Assembly: GCA_943788915.1 (NCBI GenBank)
Contig: CALSSD010000005.1
Coordinates: 62,001-126,000 of the forward strand
Direction of reading: 5' to 3'
From: an uncultured Acidimicrobiales bacterium
GTDB lineage: Bacteria; Actinomycetota; Acidimicrobiia; Acidimicrobiales; UBA10347
DNA length: 64,000 nucleotides
Part shown: positions 9,899 through 18,590 of the stretch, in pieces
Layout of the letters: each line of letters opens with the position of its first letter
Numbering within the stretch: the stretch's first letter is position 1
Position numbers and translations under genes: made by a program
The notes under the pieces: model-generated
What the model saw: only the letters and a program-made list of their open reading frames with translations
What the model was told of the DNA's origin: nothing
Database searches by the model: none

Positions 9899-10486
9899 AT
9901 GGATGTTCTGGCCGAAGGCATCGAGAGCATCAAACTCGCCTGCAGCCTGGTGCTGCTGATTCCAGCGGTTGGTGTTGCCCTGATGGGTCGTCGCCGAATC
10001 TGGCTCGTACCTGCGTGGATCCTCACCGTGAGCCTGATCGCATGGTTGCGATTCACCGGCTGGTGGACTCCGCTGCCAAGTGGCGTTGGTCATGTGGTGG
10101 TTGGGCTCGGCCTTCTTGCACTGACCGTGTTGGCATGGCGGACCGACACCATGATCTCGGACCTCGCTACCACGGCCGTGGTGGCCTTCTTGGCTGGCTG
10201 GACGTGGATCCCCTGTGTAGGTCGTGAGCTGGGCGACGTCTTGAACAATGCCCGGGCAGAACCATGGTCTGAGCTCGTGTCCACGTTTGTCTACATGCTC
10301 GGGATATTCATTCCTCTGGTAGTGATCACCGCCCTGCAGGTCGCATGGCCAACATTCGGTGACATCAGCGATCACCCCCGCGTCAGGACTATCGGCTTGT
10401 CCGTCGTTGCCCTCGTCGGCGGACTCGTCGCCGTCACGTTGTTCGACGACCTTGCCAGCGAACTCGCACAGCGCAGCAGCTTTTAG
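9899..10486 (+). CDS. CcdA/DsbD-like cytochrome c biogenesis membrane protein
   Basis: Multi-TM protein with two redox-type Cys (ACSLVLLIP, WTWIPCVG..LG); adjacent to the redoxin. Confidence 0.65.
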   Translation: MDVLAEGIESIKLACSLVLLIPAVGVALMGRRRIWLVPAWILTVSLIAWLRFTGWWTPLPSGVGHVVVGLGLLALTVLAWRTDTMISDLATTAVVAFLAGWTWIPCVGRELGDVLNNARAEPWSELVSTFVYMLGIFIPLVVITALQVAWPTFGDISDHPRVRTIGLSVVALVGGLVAVTLFDDLASELAQRSSF

Positions 10487-10516
10487 AGAAGTTCACCCTC
10501 ACCCGAACCTTGGTCG

Positions 10517-11926
10517 TTGCATGTCGATACACATTGCTCCGGTCACTTCGGGTTCGACATCAGCCACACCGCCTACGGTGCACAGGTGGGCACCACGAAG
10601 TCGCCGAAATTCGGCCGGGCATATCACAAGCTCTTCGCGGCAAGCACGATCTCGAATCTCGGCGATGGCATCGGCCAAATTGCGTATCCGTGGCTCGCAT
10701 CAGCGGTGACCCGCAACCCGCTGCTGGTTGCCCTCGTCACTGTGTTCCAGCGGCTGCCGTGGCTGATCTTCAGTCTTCCTGCTGGCGTGATCACCGACCG
10801 TTATGAACGCCGCAAACTTATGGTCGGCGCCAACATCGCCCGAGCAGCTCTGACCGCAGCGGTAGCGCTCATGGTCCTCGACCAACAAGGCGCGCTCCCC
10901 GGCCCCGATGAACTCGGTGATGCCTCGGCCGTCGTGTCAACGAACGTTCTGTTGTACATGGTCGTGCTCGCAGCCACGCTGTTCCTTGGAACCGCCGAGG
11001 TGCTCTACGACAACACTGCCCAAACACTCATGCCGTCACTCGTCGACGACTCGCAGCTCGAGAAGGCAAACGGCCGTATGTGGAGTGCCGAACAGGTTGC
11101 GAACACCGTGGCCGGGCCCGCGGCCGGAGCAGCGCTGCTCGCCTTCGCGTTTGCCGCGCCATTCTTTGTTGACGCCGTCACCTTTGCACTGTCAGCGCTG
11201 CTGATCTTCCTGCTGCCCCGGCCCAAAGCCGTGACTGCAGCTCGCCCAGAACGTCGTCCGTGGAAATCAGAACTCGCCGAAGGTTGTCGATGGCTCTGGA
11301 ATCATGAGCTACTGCGGCCACTCGCGATCACGCTGGGACTGTTGAATGGTTTGGGCACCGTGGCCGGGGCGACACTGGTGCTCTTCGCTCAGGAAGTCCT
11401 GCTCACCTCTCCCACCGAGTTTGCCATCCTGTCCACGGGCGGCGCCGTTGGTGGCATCGTCGGCGGCTGGACTGCATCCGCGGTCTCTCAGCGCCTGGGT
11501 TCAGGCCCATCATTGTGGGCCACACTCACAGTGGGCGGCGTCACGTCGATAATCATCGGCCTGACGTCGTGGTGGCCACTCGTGTGGCTCATGTTCACGA
11601 CGTCGATGTACGTCGCCGTGTTGTGGAACGTGATCACGGTGTCGCTGCGCCAGGCCATTATTCCCGACCACCTCTTAGGGCGGGTCAACAGCGTCTATCG
11701 ATTCTTTGCCTGGGGATCCATCCCAATCGGCGCACTCATCGGCGGTGCAATCATCTTGTTCGCAGAGGTAGCAACGTCACGAGAAATGGCGCTTCGCCTG
11801 CCGTGGTTTGCAAGCGGGGCCGGACAACTTCTGCTGCTCGGATTCGCGACCCGCCATCTGACTACCGCCAGCATCGATGGCGCCCGCACCGCAGCCCAGT
11901 CCGGGCCGGCAGAGAAGGCCGGCTAG
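10517..11926 (+). CDS. MFS transporter (DHA3-like); true start probably ~10586
   Basis: SNLGDGI, AGVITDRYERRKLM, LRQAIIPDHLLGRVNS motifs; about 12 TM segments. Confidence 0.9.
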   Translation: MHVDTHCSGHFGFDISHTAYGAQVGTTKSPKFGRAYHKLFAASTISNLGDGIGQIAYPWLASAVTRNPLLVALVTVFQRLPWLIFSLPAGVITDRYERRKLMVGANIARAALTAAVALMVLDQQGALPGPDELGDASAVVSTNVLLYMVVLAATLFLGTAEVLYDNTAQTLMPSLVDDSQLEKANGRMWSAEQVANTVAGPAAGAALLAFAFAAPFFVDAVTFALSALLIFLLPRPKAVTAARPERRPWKSELAEGCRWLWNHELLRPLAITLGLLNGLGTVAGATLVLFAQEVLLTSPTEFAILSTGGAVGGIVGGWTASAVSQRLGSGPSLWATLTVGGVTSIIIGLTSWWPLVWLMFTTSMYVAVLWNVITVSLRQAIIPDHLLGRVNSVYRFFAWGSIPIGALIGGAIILFAEVATSREMALRLPWFASGAGQLLLLGFATRHLTTASIDGARTAAQSGPAEKAG

Positions 11927-12088
11927 AGCTGGGTGCGACGGAGTAGTGGCCGCACCCCACACTCAATCGGCCGGCAACAGTGCCCCGCCATGTGACCGGA
12001 CTTGGTGGCCGCGCAGCTCACTCACAAACGCTTCGACGCAGCCACCCTTGCTAACGAACCAGGTTCACCAGCGGCCGACCGAAGGGTT

Positions 12089-13081
12089 TCACAATGCGGG
12101 GATGATCCGCTGGCCATACGCGTTCAGCGTCTCATCCTTTTGATCGTGCATCAGATAGATGGCGAACTGGTCAACACCCAACGCTTCGAGCTCCTTGAGT
12201 CGAGCAATATGAGTTGCCTCGTTGCCCAGGATGCAGAACCGGTCGATGATCTCGTCGGGGACAAAATCGACATGGGTACTGTTCGACTTGCCATGTTCGG
12301 CGTAGTCGTAACCTTGGCGACCCTTGATGTAGTCGGTCAACGCCTGAGGAATGGCGCTGCTCTCGCCATACCGGTCAACAAGATCAGCGACATGATTGCC
12401 GACCATGCCACCAAACCATCGGACCTGATCTCGCTGGTGTTCGATGTCGTCGCCGACATACGCCGGTGCTGCTACACAGATCTTGAGTGCATCCGGGTCA
12501 CGGCCCGCTTCCTCGGCCGCCCTACGTACCGCAGCGATCATCCACTCGCAGATGACCGGATCAGCCAACTGCAGGATCACGCCGTCGGTCTCGCTGCCAC
12601 AAAGATGTAGCGCCTTCGGGCCATACGCCGCCATCATGATGTCGATCTCGCCGCCCTTGCTCCACGGGAACTGCTGCTGCGTGCCGTTGTAGGTGACCTC
12701 TCGGCCTTCGACCAGGCCCTTGATCACCTTCATGGATTCAGCGAGCGTCGACAGCTTGGCCGGTGTATGGCCGAGCACACGCATAGCCGAGTCACCTCGA
12801 CCAATACCGCACACCGTACGATTTCCGAACATGTCATTCAGCGTCGCAAAATGTGATGCGGTAACGGTCCAGTTGCGGCTACCAGGATTGGTCACCATGG
12901 GACCAACAATCATACGTTTGGTGGCCGAGAGCATCTGGCTGTAAATCACGTATGGCTCTTGCCACAACACATGGCTATCGAACGTCCAGCCATACGTAAA
13001 GCCGAGTTTCTCGGCTTGCACAGCCAGGTCGACGACCCGCCATGCCGGTGGGTCAGTTTGCAGTACTACGCCAAATTCCAT
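12089..13081 (-). CDS. LLM-class putative F420-dependent oxidoreductase (TIGR03842/CPS_4043-like)
   Basis: MEFGVVLQTDPP, WTFDSHVLWQEP, GPMVTNP, CGIGRGDSA, AAYGPK, WFGGMVGNHVAD; last gene of the pyrimidine operon. Confidence 0.85.
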   Translation of the reverse strand: MEFGVVLQTDPPAWRVVDLAVQAEKLGFTYGWTFDSHVLWQEPYVIYSQMLSATKRMIVGPMVTNPGSRNWTVTASHFATLNDMFGNRTVCGIGRGDSAMRVLGHTPAKLSTLAESMKVIKGLVEGREVTYNGTQQQFPWSKGGEIDIMMAAYGPKALHLCGSETDGVILQLADPVICEWMIAAVRRAAEEAGRDPDALKICVAAPAYVGDDIEHQRDQVRWFGGMVGNHVADLVDRYGESSAIPQALTDYIKGRQGYDYAEHGKSNSTHVDFVPDEIIDRFCILGNEATHIARLKELEALGVDQFAIYLMHDQKDETLNAYGQRIIPAL

Positions 13082-13139
13082 GATTCAGCCTCCTAGTAGT
13101 CAATCGCTCGGTCTCGGTGATCTCGGACGGTCTCGGTGT

Positions 13140-14627
13140 TTAGTCGTTCGTTGGAAAACCCAGGTCGACCGAACTCGTCGATGGGTCTGGCCACCGACTC
13201 GTGATCACCTTGGCCTTGGTATAGAACTTGACGCCTTCGGGGCCGTACATGGTGGTGTCGCCGTAAAGCGAGTCCTTCCAGCCGCCAAACGAGTGGTAAC
13301 CCACCGGCACAGGGATCGGGACGTTGATGCCAACCATGCCAGCGTCAGCTTCTTCTTGGAAGCGGCGAGCCGCACCACCGTCGCGGGTGAAGAGGGCAGC
13401 TCCGTTGCCCCACCGGTTGTCTTCGATCAGCTTCACGCCCTGCTGGTACGTGTCGACCCGCACCACGCTCAGGACCGGCCCAAAGATCTCATCCTGGTAG
13501 ACCGACATATCGGTGGTCACATTGTCGAGCAACGTCACGCCAGTGAAGAACCCGTTGTTGTTGAACTGCGTATCGCGGCCATCGACCACGACCGTTGCGC
13601 CGGCCGCTGCACCTTGGCCGACATAGTCATTGACCCGGTCGCGTGCTTCTTCGGTGATGAGCGGCCCCATCTCGCTGGACGGGTCGGTACCGTCGCCGAT
13701 GACCAATTTGTCCATGCGAACCTTGATCGCATCGACCAATGGGTCTGCGACGTCGCCCACGGCAACTACGACGGAGATCGCCATGCAACGTTCTCCAGCC
13801 GAACCGTAAGCCGCGCTCACCGCTGAATCGGCGGCAAGATCAATGTCGGCATCGGGCAGCACGATCATGTGGTTCTTGGCCCCACCGAGTGCCTGGACAC
13901 GTTTGCCGTGTTTCGAACCGGTTTCGTACACATAGTGGGCTATCGGGCTTGACCCAACAAAACTGACGGCCTTGACGTCGGGATGTTCGAGCAGTCGGTC
14001 CACCGCCAGCTTGTCGCCGTTCACAACATTCAGGACTCCTGGAGGGAAACCTGCTTCTTGGGCCAGTTCAGCAATAAACAGCGGAGCCGATGGGTCGCGT
14101 TCGCTTGGTTTGAGAATGAACGTGTTTCCAGTAGCGATCGCGTTCGGGATCATCCACAACGGGACCATCGCCGGGAAGTTGAATGGCGTGATGCCAGCAA
14201 CTACACCGAGTGGCTGACGCACGGAGTACACGTCGACCCCAGACGAAGCCGATTCGTTGTACGCACCCTTGAGCATCTCGGCGATACCACACGCATATTC
14301 GATGTTCTCGAGACCACGGGCGACCTCGCCCAGGGCATCACTCGTGACCTTGCCATGTTCAGCCGTGAGCCGCCGAGCAACCTCGGCTTGATTTACTTCG
14401 AGCAGATTGCGGAAGGCGTGCATTAGCTTGATCCGGCGAGCCAAGCTCACGTGGCGCCATTCCTGGAACGCCGCCTGTGACGATGCGACTGCCGCATCGA
14501 CTTCGGCCAAGCTGGCCATTGCCAACGAGGCGGTCTGCTCACCGGTCGCAGGATTAAAGACCGGCTTGGTCACACCCGACGCACTCGGACTCGCAACGCC
14601 GTCGATCAGATGATGAATTGTTTCCAT
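13140..14627 (-). CDS. mmsA: CoA-acylating (methyl)malonate-semialdehyde dehydrogenase
   Basis: ITPFNFPAMVPLW, KPSERDP, ALGGAKNH, AGERCMAIS, EIFGPV, GINVPIPVP motifs. Confidence 0.93.
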   Translation of the reverse strand: METIHHLIDGVASPSASGVTKPVFNPATGEQTASLAMASLAEVDAAVASSQAAFQEWRHVSLARRIKLMHAFRNLLEVNQAEVARRLTAEHGKVTSDALGEVARGLENIEYACGIAEMLKGAYNESASSGVDVYSVRQPLGVVAGITPFNFPAMVPLWMIPNAIATGNTFILKPSERDPSAPLFIAELAQEAGFPPGVLNVVNGDKLAVDRLLEHPDVKAVSFVGSSPIAHYVYETGSKHGKRVQALGGAKNHMIVLPDADIDLAADSAVSAAYGSAGERCMAISVVVAVGDVADPLVDAIKVRMDKLVIGDGTDPSSEMGPLITEEARDRVNDYVGQGAAAGATVVVDGRDTQFNNNGFFTGVTLLDNVTTDMSVYQDEIFGPVLSVVRVDTYQQGVKLIEDNRWGNGAALFTRDGGAARRFQEEADAGMVGINVPIPVPVGYHSFGGWKDSLYGDTTMYGPEGVKFYTKAKVITSRWPDPSTSSVDLGFPTND

Positions 14628-14649
14628 AAGTTCGTGTTTCCTTCAGACG

Positions 14650-14694
14650 TTTCTGAACCTTTTGGGCGACGATTTCACTCAAATAGTTCAGAAA
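14650..14694. other. Intercistronic imperfect hairpin between hydA and mmsA
   Basis: TTTCTGAAC...GTTCAGAAA arms with an imperfect inner stem. Confidence 0.5.
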
Positions 14695-14705
14695 GGTGGA
14701 GAGTT

Positions 14706-16118
14706 CTAGATGAGGTAGGAGGACAGGCCGCGGGGTTGGTATTTGCCGTCGCCTTTTGTGCCCAAGTAGGTGCCGTTTTCAATGATGATTTTGCCCCGCG
14801 ACATGACCGTGTCCACATGGCCGTTGATCTCTTGGCCCTCGTATGCCGAGTAGTCCATGTTCATGTGGTGGTTGTCGACGCTGATGCTCCATGTTGCAGT
14901 GGGGTCATAGAGCACGATGTCGGCATCGCTGCCCGGGGCCAGGATGCCTTTCTTCGGGTACATGCCAAACATGCGAGCTGGTGTAGTCGCACATAACTCC
15001 ACCCACCGTGGCAACGAGATCTCGCCCTGGACGACACCTTGATAGATCAGGTCCATACGGTGCTCGACCCCGCCGATGCCATTTGGGATGGCCCGGAAGT
15101 CGTCGAGGCCCAGCTCCTTCTGGTCCTTCATGCAAAACGGGCAATGATCGGTGCTCACAACACTTAGGTCGTTGGTGCGAAGCCCATTCCACAGGTCGGC
15201 CTGGTGGTGTTCGTGTTTGGTACGGAGCGGTGTACTGCAGACATAACCCGCACCGGCGAAACCCGGCGCTCCAAGGTGATCCTCGAGCGTGAGATACAAG
15301 TATTGCGGGCACGTCTCGGCGAACACGTTGCCGCCCTTGCCCCGAGCAATCGCCACCTGTTCAAGTGCCTCGCTGGCGGACAAGTGCACGATGTACAACG
15401 GTGAGGCGCCAACCTTGGCCAGCTGAATGGCACGGTGAGTTGCTTCGCTTTCGAGCTCGGCTCGACGCACCAAGCCGTGGTTGACGGGTGCAGTCTCGCC
15501 TCGTTCCACGGCCTGTTCTGCGAGCAGGTCGATGGCGATGCCGTTCTCGGCGTGCATCATGATCATGCCGCCATTACCTGCACACTGTTGCATGGCCCGC
15601 AGGATCTGGGCGTCGTCGCTCAGATACACACCGGGATAGGCCATGAACAACTTGAAGCTGGTGACACCTTCGCGGACCAGGATGTCCATCTCTTTTAGTG
15701 AGGTGTCGTCGACGCCACCGATGATCATGTGGAAGCCGTAGTCGACCGCACAGTTGCCCTCGGCCAGCGCCATACGGTCATCGAAACAGGTGCGTACGTT
15801 CTCGCCGGTTTGTTGCGACGCGAAGTCGATGATGGTGGTGGTGCCACCCCATGCCGCGGCCCTGGTGCCGGTCTCGAAGTCGTCGCTCGCATTCGTGCCC
15901 CCAAAGGGCAGTTCCATATGGGTGTGCACATCGACGCCGCCCGGGATGACATATTTTCCGGTTGCGTCGATGACTCGTTCGGCGCCACGTTCTGCCGCCA
16001 TTGCTGGATCAGACCCAGGAGACATGAGCGCGATGATGGTCTCGCCGTCGACGAGCACCTCGGCCGGGTCAGCCCCGGTGGTCGAGATAACCGTTCCGCC
16101 CTTGATCAACACCGTCAT
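14706..16118 (-). CDS. hydA: Dihydropyrimidinase / D-hydantoinase
   Basis: PGGVDVHTH, AAAWGGTTTIIDF, TSFKLFMAY, HAENG, ETCPQYL, STDHCPF, IPNGIGGVE motifs. Confidence 0.95.
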   Translation of the reverse strand: MTVLIKGGTVISTTGADPAEVLVDGETIIALMSPGSDPAMAAERGAERVIDATGKYVIPGGVDVHTHMELPFGGTNASDDFETGTRAAAWGGTTTIIDFASQQTGENVRTCFDDRMALAEGNCAVDYGFHMIIGGVDDTSLKEMDILVREGVTSFKLFMAYPGVYLSDDAQILRAMQQCAGNGGMIMMHAENGIAIDLLAEQAVERGETAPVNHGLVRRAELESEATHRAIQLAKVGASPLYIVHLSASEALEQVAIARGKGGNVFAETCPQYLYLTLEDHLGAPGFAGAGYVCSTPLRTKHEHHQADLWNGLRTNDLSVVSTDHCPFCMKDQKELGLDDFRAIPNGIGGVEHRMDLIYQGVVQGEISLPRWVELCATTPARMFGMYPKKGILAPGSDADIVLYDPTATWSISVDNHHMNMDYSAYEGQEINGHVDTVMSRGKIIIENGTYLGTKGDGKYQPRGLSSYLI

Positions 16119-16163
16119 GTCATTCTCCCCAGTTGCTTGCTATCCATAGATCTTGTCATTAAT

Positions 16164-16199
16164 CGAATTGTTACGTCCCCAGGGGGACGTAACAATTCG
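16164..16199. repeat. Perfect 17-bp inverted repeat in the intercistronic gap
   Basis: CGAATTGTTACGTCCCC-AG-GGGGACGTAACAATTCG. Confidence 0.85.
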
Positions 16200-16217
16200 C
16201 TGCGGCTGTCCGAGCCA

Positions 16218-16331
16218 TACCCGCCTACGGTCCCGACAGGCAGGAGCGAGCAGCGAGCGACGAAGGAGCCGCACCACATCGCTGGCCACCATGTCCGACG
16301 AACGTCGGCCCGAGCGGAGCGGTTAAACACT
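16218..16331. repeat. Dispersed ~110-bp intergenic element, copy 1
   Basis: Core ACCATGTCCGACGAACGTCGGCCCGAGCGG (16288-16317) matches 51457-51486 at 28/30; CACCACA lies 9 nt before the core in both copies. Confidence 0.75.
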
Positions 16332-16334
16332 GCC

Positions 16335-17621
16335 CTACACACTGGCAATCGCTGCGATCAGGGCGTCGAGGCCTTGGTCCATTTCTTGCTCGGTGATATT
16401 GAGCATTGGGGTGAGCCGCAGCACATTGCCATAGAGGCCACCTTTGCCGATCAACAGGCCGTTGTCCTTGGCTCGCTCGAGCAGCACTTTGGCCGCCTTC
16501 GCATCTGGCTCGATGCTGCCGGCGTGCACGGTCTCGATGGCCTGCATCAGACCCTTGCCTCGGAGCTCAGCGATCCAGTCGGCGCCCTCTACAACGGGGG
16601 ACAACCTTTCCTTCATCTGTTGACCACGGGCTTTGGCGTTGCCTTGCAAGTCGGCTTCCTTGACATATCGCAAGGTGGCAAGACCCGCTGCTGTCGACAG
16701 TGGGTTGCCGCCGAATGTGGAAAACGACAGGTGAGGAAGACAGTCCATGACTTCGGGTCGGCCAACGATCCCGGCCAGGGTGATGCCGTTGCCGACGCCC
16801 TTGGCGAACGTCAACATGTCGGGCACGATGCCGTGAGCTTGGTAGCCCCAGAAGTGGTCGCCGGTGCGACCCCAACCGGTCTGGACTTCGTCGCTCACGA
16901 ACAAGATGCCGTGTGAGTCAAGGACCTTGTGCATGGCACCGAAGAAGCCGTCGGGCGGTGTGGCGAAACCGCCAACACCCTGGATGGGTTCGGCGATCAG
17001 ACACGCTACGTCGCCCGCTGTCATCATGTCGATGACCTGCACCAGATCAGCAACACACGCCTGGGTGTAACCCTCGTCGTCGGCATCGTGGTGGGGACTG
17101 CGGAGCTTGTAAGGACCCTGCACGAAGTTGACTGACAGGCCAGACACTGCGGTGTTCGACCATGATCGGTGCGACGTGATCGCTTGGGTCGTGAACGACC
17201 GACCGTGATAGCTGTTGCGCATGGCCAGCACTTCGTTGGACTTGCGGTAATGCGTGGCCAGCAGCAATGCGGTGTCGTTCGCTTCACTACCGCTGGTGGT
17301 GAAGAACACCTTGGCATCGGGGATACCCGAAACTGCTGCGACCTCTTCGGCAAACTCGATCATCGGTTCACTGAGATACAGCGTGGAGGTGTGCATGACT
17401 TTCGCGGCTTGAGCCTGCACTGCGGCCACCACATCGGGCTGGCTATGACCAACCATGGTGGTCAGCACACCGCCGAACCAGTCCATGTATTTGTTGCCCT
17501 CGAGATCGAAGACAAAGCTGCCTTCACCTCGGTCAATCGAGATTGGATCCTCGTAGAGAGGCGTGGTGTAGGCGGGTAGAACTGCTGCGTACCGTTTGGC
17601 CAGGTCGGCGTTGGCACCCAT
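16335..17621 (-). CDS. Class III PLP aminotransferase (probable beta-alanine aminotransferase)
   Basis: TSGSEAND, SYHGRS, AEPIQGVGG, DEVQTGWGRTG, AKGVGNG, STFGGNP; ATG overlaps the upstream TGA. Confidence 0.88.
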   Translation of the reverse strand: MGANADLAKRYAAVLPAYTTPLYEDPISIDRGEGSFVFDLEGNKYMDWFGGVLTTMVGHSQPDVVAAVQAQAAKVMHTSTLYLSEPMIEFAEEVAAVSGIPDAKVFFTTSGSEANDTALLLATHYRKSNEVLAMRNSYHGRSFTTQAITSHRSWSNTAVSGLSVNFVQGPYKLRSPHHDADDEGYTQACVADLVQVIDMMTAGDVACLIAEPIQGVGGFATPPDGFFGAMHKVLDSHGILFVSDEVQTGWGRTGDHFWGYQAHGIVPDMLTFAKGVGNGITLAGIVGRPEVMDCLPHLSFSTFGGNPLSTAAGLATLRYVKEADLQGNAKARGQQMKERLSPVVEGADWIAELRGKGLMQAIETVHAGSIEPDAKAAKVLLERAKDNGLLIGKGGLYGNVLRLTPMLNITEQEMDQGLDALIAAIASV

Positions 17622-18460
17622 CAGTTCGCTGCGATCGTCGTGTACATGTCGGGGCGACGGTCTCGATAGAAGGCCCACTGATTGCGGGTTTCTTCGATCG
17701 CATCCAGGTCCAAGTCACGCACGATGAGCTCCTCGTTTTCGTTTGACGCCCGTTCGTCGACATATTGGCCACGAGGATTAACGAAGTACGACGTGCCGTA
17801 GAAGTCGTTGTCACCGAGTGGTTCGATGCCGACTCGGTTGATCGCTCCGATGTAGTACATGTTGGCGCACGCTGCAGCGGGTTGTTCGATGTCCCAGAGG
17901 TACGACGACAAACCCCGACTTGTGGCCGATGGGTTGAACACAATCTGGGCGCCGGCCAAGCCAAGTTCACGCCAGCCTTCAGGGAAGTGGCGGTCGTAAC
18001 AGATGTACACGCCGACCTTGCCGACTGCGGTGTCAAAGACAGGAAAACCCAGGTTGCCCGGGCGGAAGTAGAATTTCTCCCAAAAACCTTTTACCTGGGG
18101 GATGTGCGTCTTGCGGTACTTACCCAGGTAGCTGCCGTCGGCATCGATCACCGCCGCGGTGTTGTACAAGATGCCGGGCTGTTCCTGTTCGTACATGGGG
18201 AGCACCAGCACCATGCCGAGCTCCGCAGCCAGTGCCTGGAAACGTTTCACGGTTGGGCCATCAGGAATGGACTCGGCGTAGTCGTAGAACGCTGCGTCTT
18301 GCACCTGGCAGAAATACGGGCCGTAGAAGAGCTCTTGGAAACACATGACTTGTGTGCCTTGGGCTGCTGCTTCGCGCATGTACTGCTCGTGCAAGTCGAT
18401 CATCGACTCCTTGTCACCCGTCCATGCAGTTTGCACGAGTGCGGCTTTGACCGTGGTCAT
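17621..18460 (-). CDS. Nitrilase-family carbon-nitrogen hydrolase (beta-ureidopropionase)
   Basis: E-K-C triad: FQELFYGPYFC, YRKTHIP, ICYDRHFPE; FWEKFYFRPG. Confidence 0.9.
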   Translation of the reverse strand: MTTVKAALVQTAWTGDKESMIDLHEQYMREAAAQGTQVMCFQELFYGPYFCQVQDAAFYDYAESIPDGPTVKRFQALAAELGMVLVLPMYEQEQPGILYNTAAVIDADGSYLGKYRKTHIPQVKGFWEKFYFRPGNLGFPVFDTAVGKVGVYICYDRHFPEGWRELGLAGAQIVFNPSATSRGLSSYLWDIEQPAAACANMYYIGAINRVGIEPLGDNDFYGTSYFVNPRGQYVDERASNENEELIVRDLDLDAIEETRNQWAFYRDRRPDMYTTIAAN

Positions 18461-18534
18461 TGTGTCCCCCGACTTTCGTCATCTGTAGCCTTCGCTCCGG
18501 ACCATAGACACGGGTTCTGTGCCATACAAGCGCC

Positions 18535-18553
18535 GTTTTGTTGTATACAAAAC
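18535..18553. promoter_or_regulatory. GntR-type palindromic operator in the divergent intergenic region
   Basis: GTTTTGT-TGTAT-ACAAAAC containing the perfect palindrome TTGTATACAA (18541-18550). Confidence 0.6.
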
Positions 18554-18590
18554 TATTCATGGCGCGTTTACAAAGATCCGATGCCGAGCA

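Noticed and set aside
16291..16326. Small peptide MSDERRPERSG in the dispersed element
   Set aside because: It is antisense to the operon, the differences between copies are non-synonymous, and the stop is not shared.
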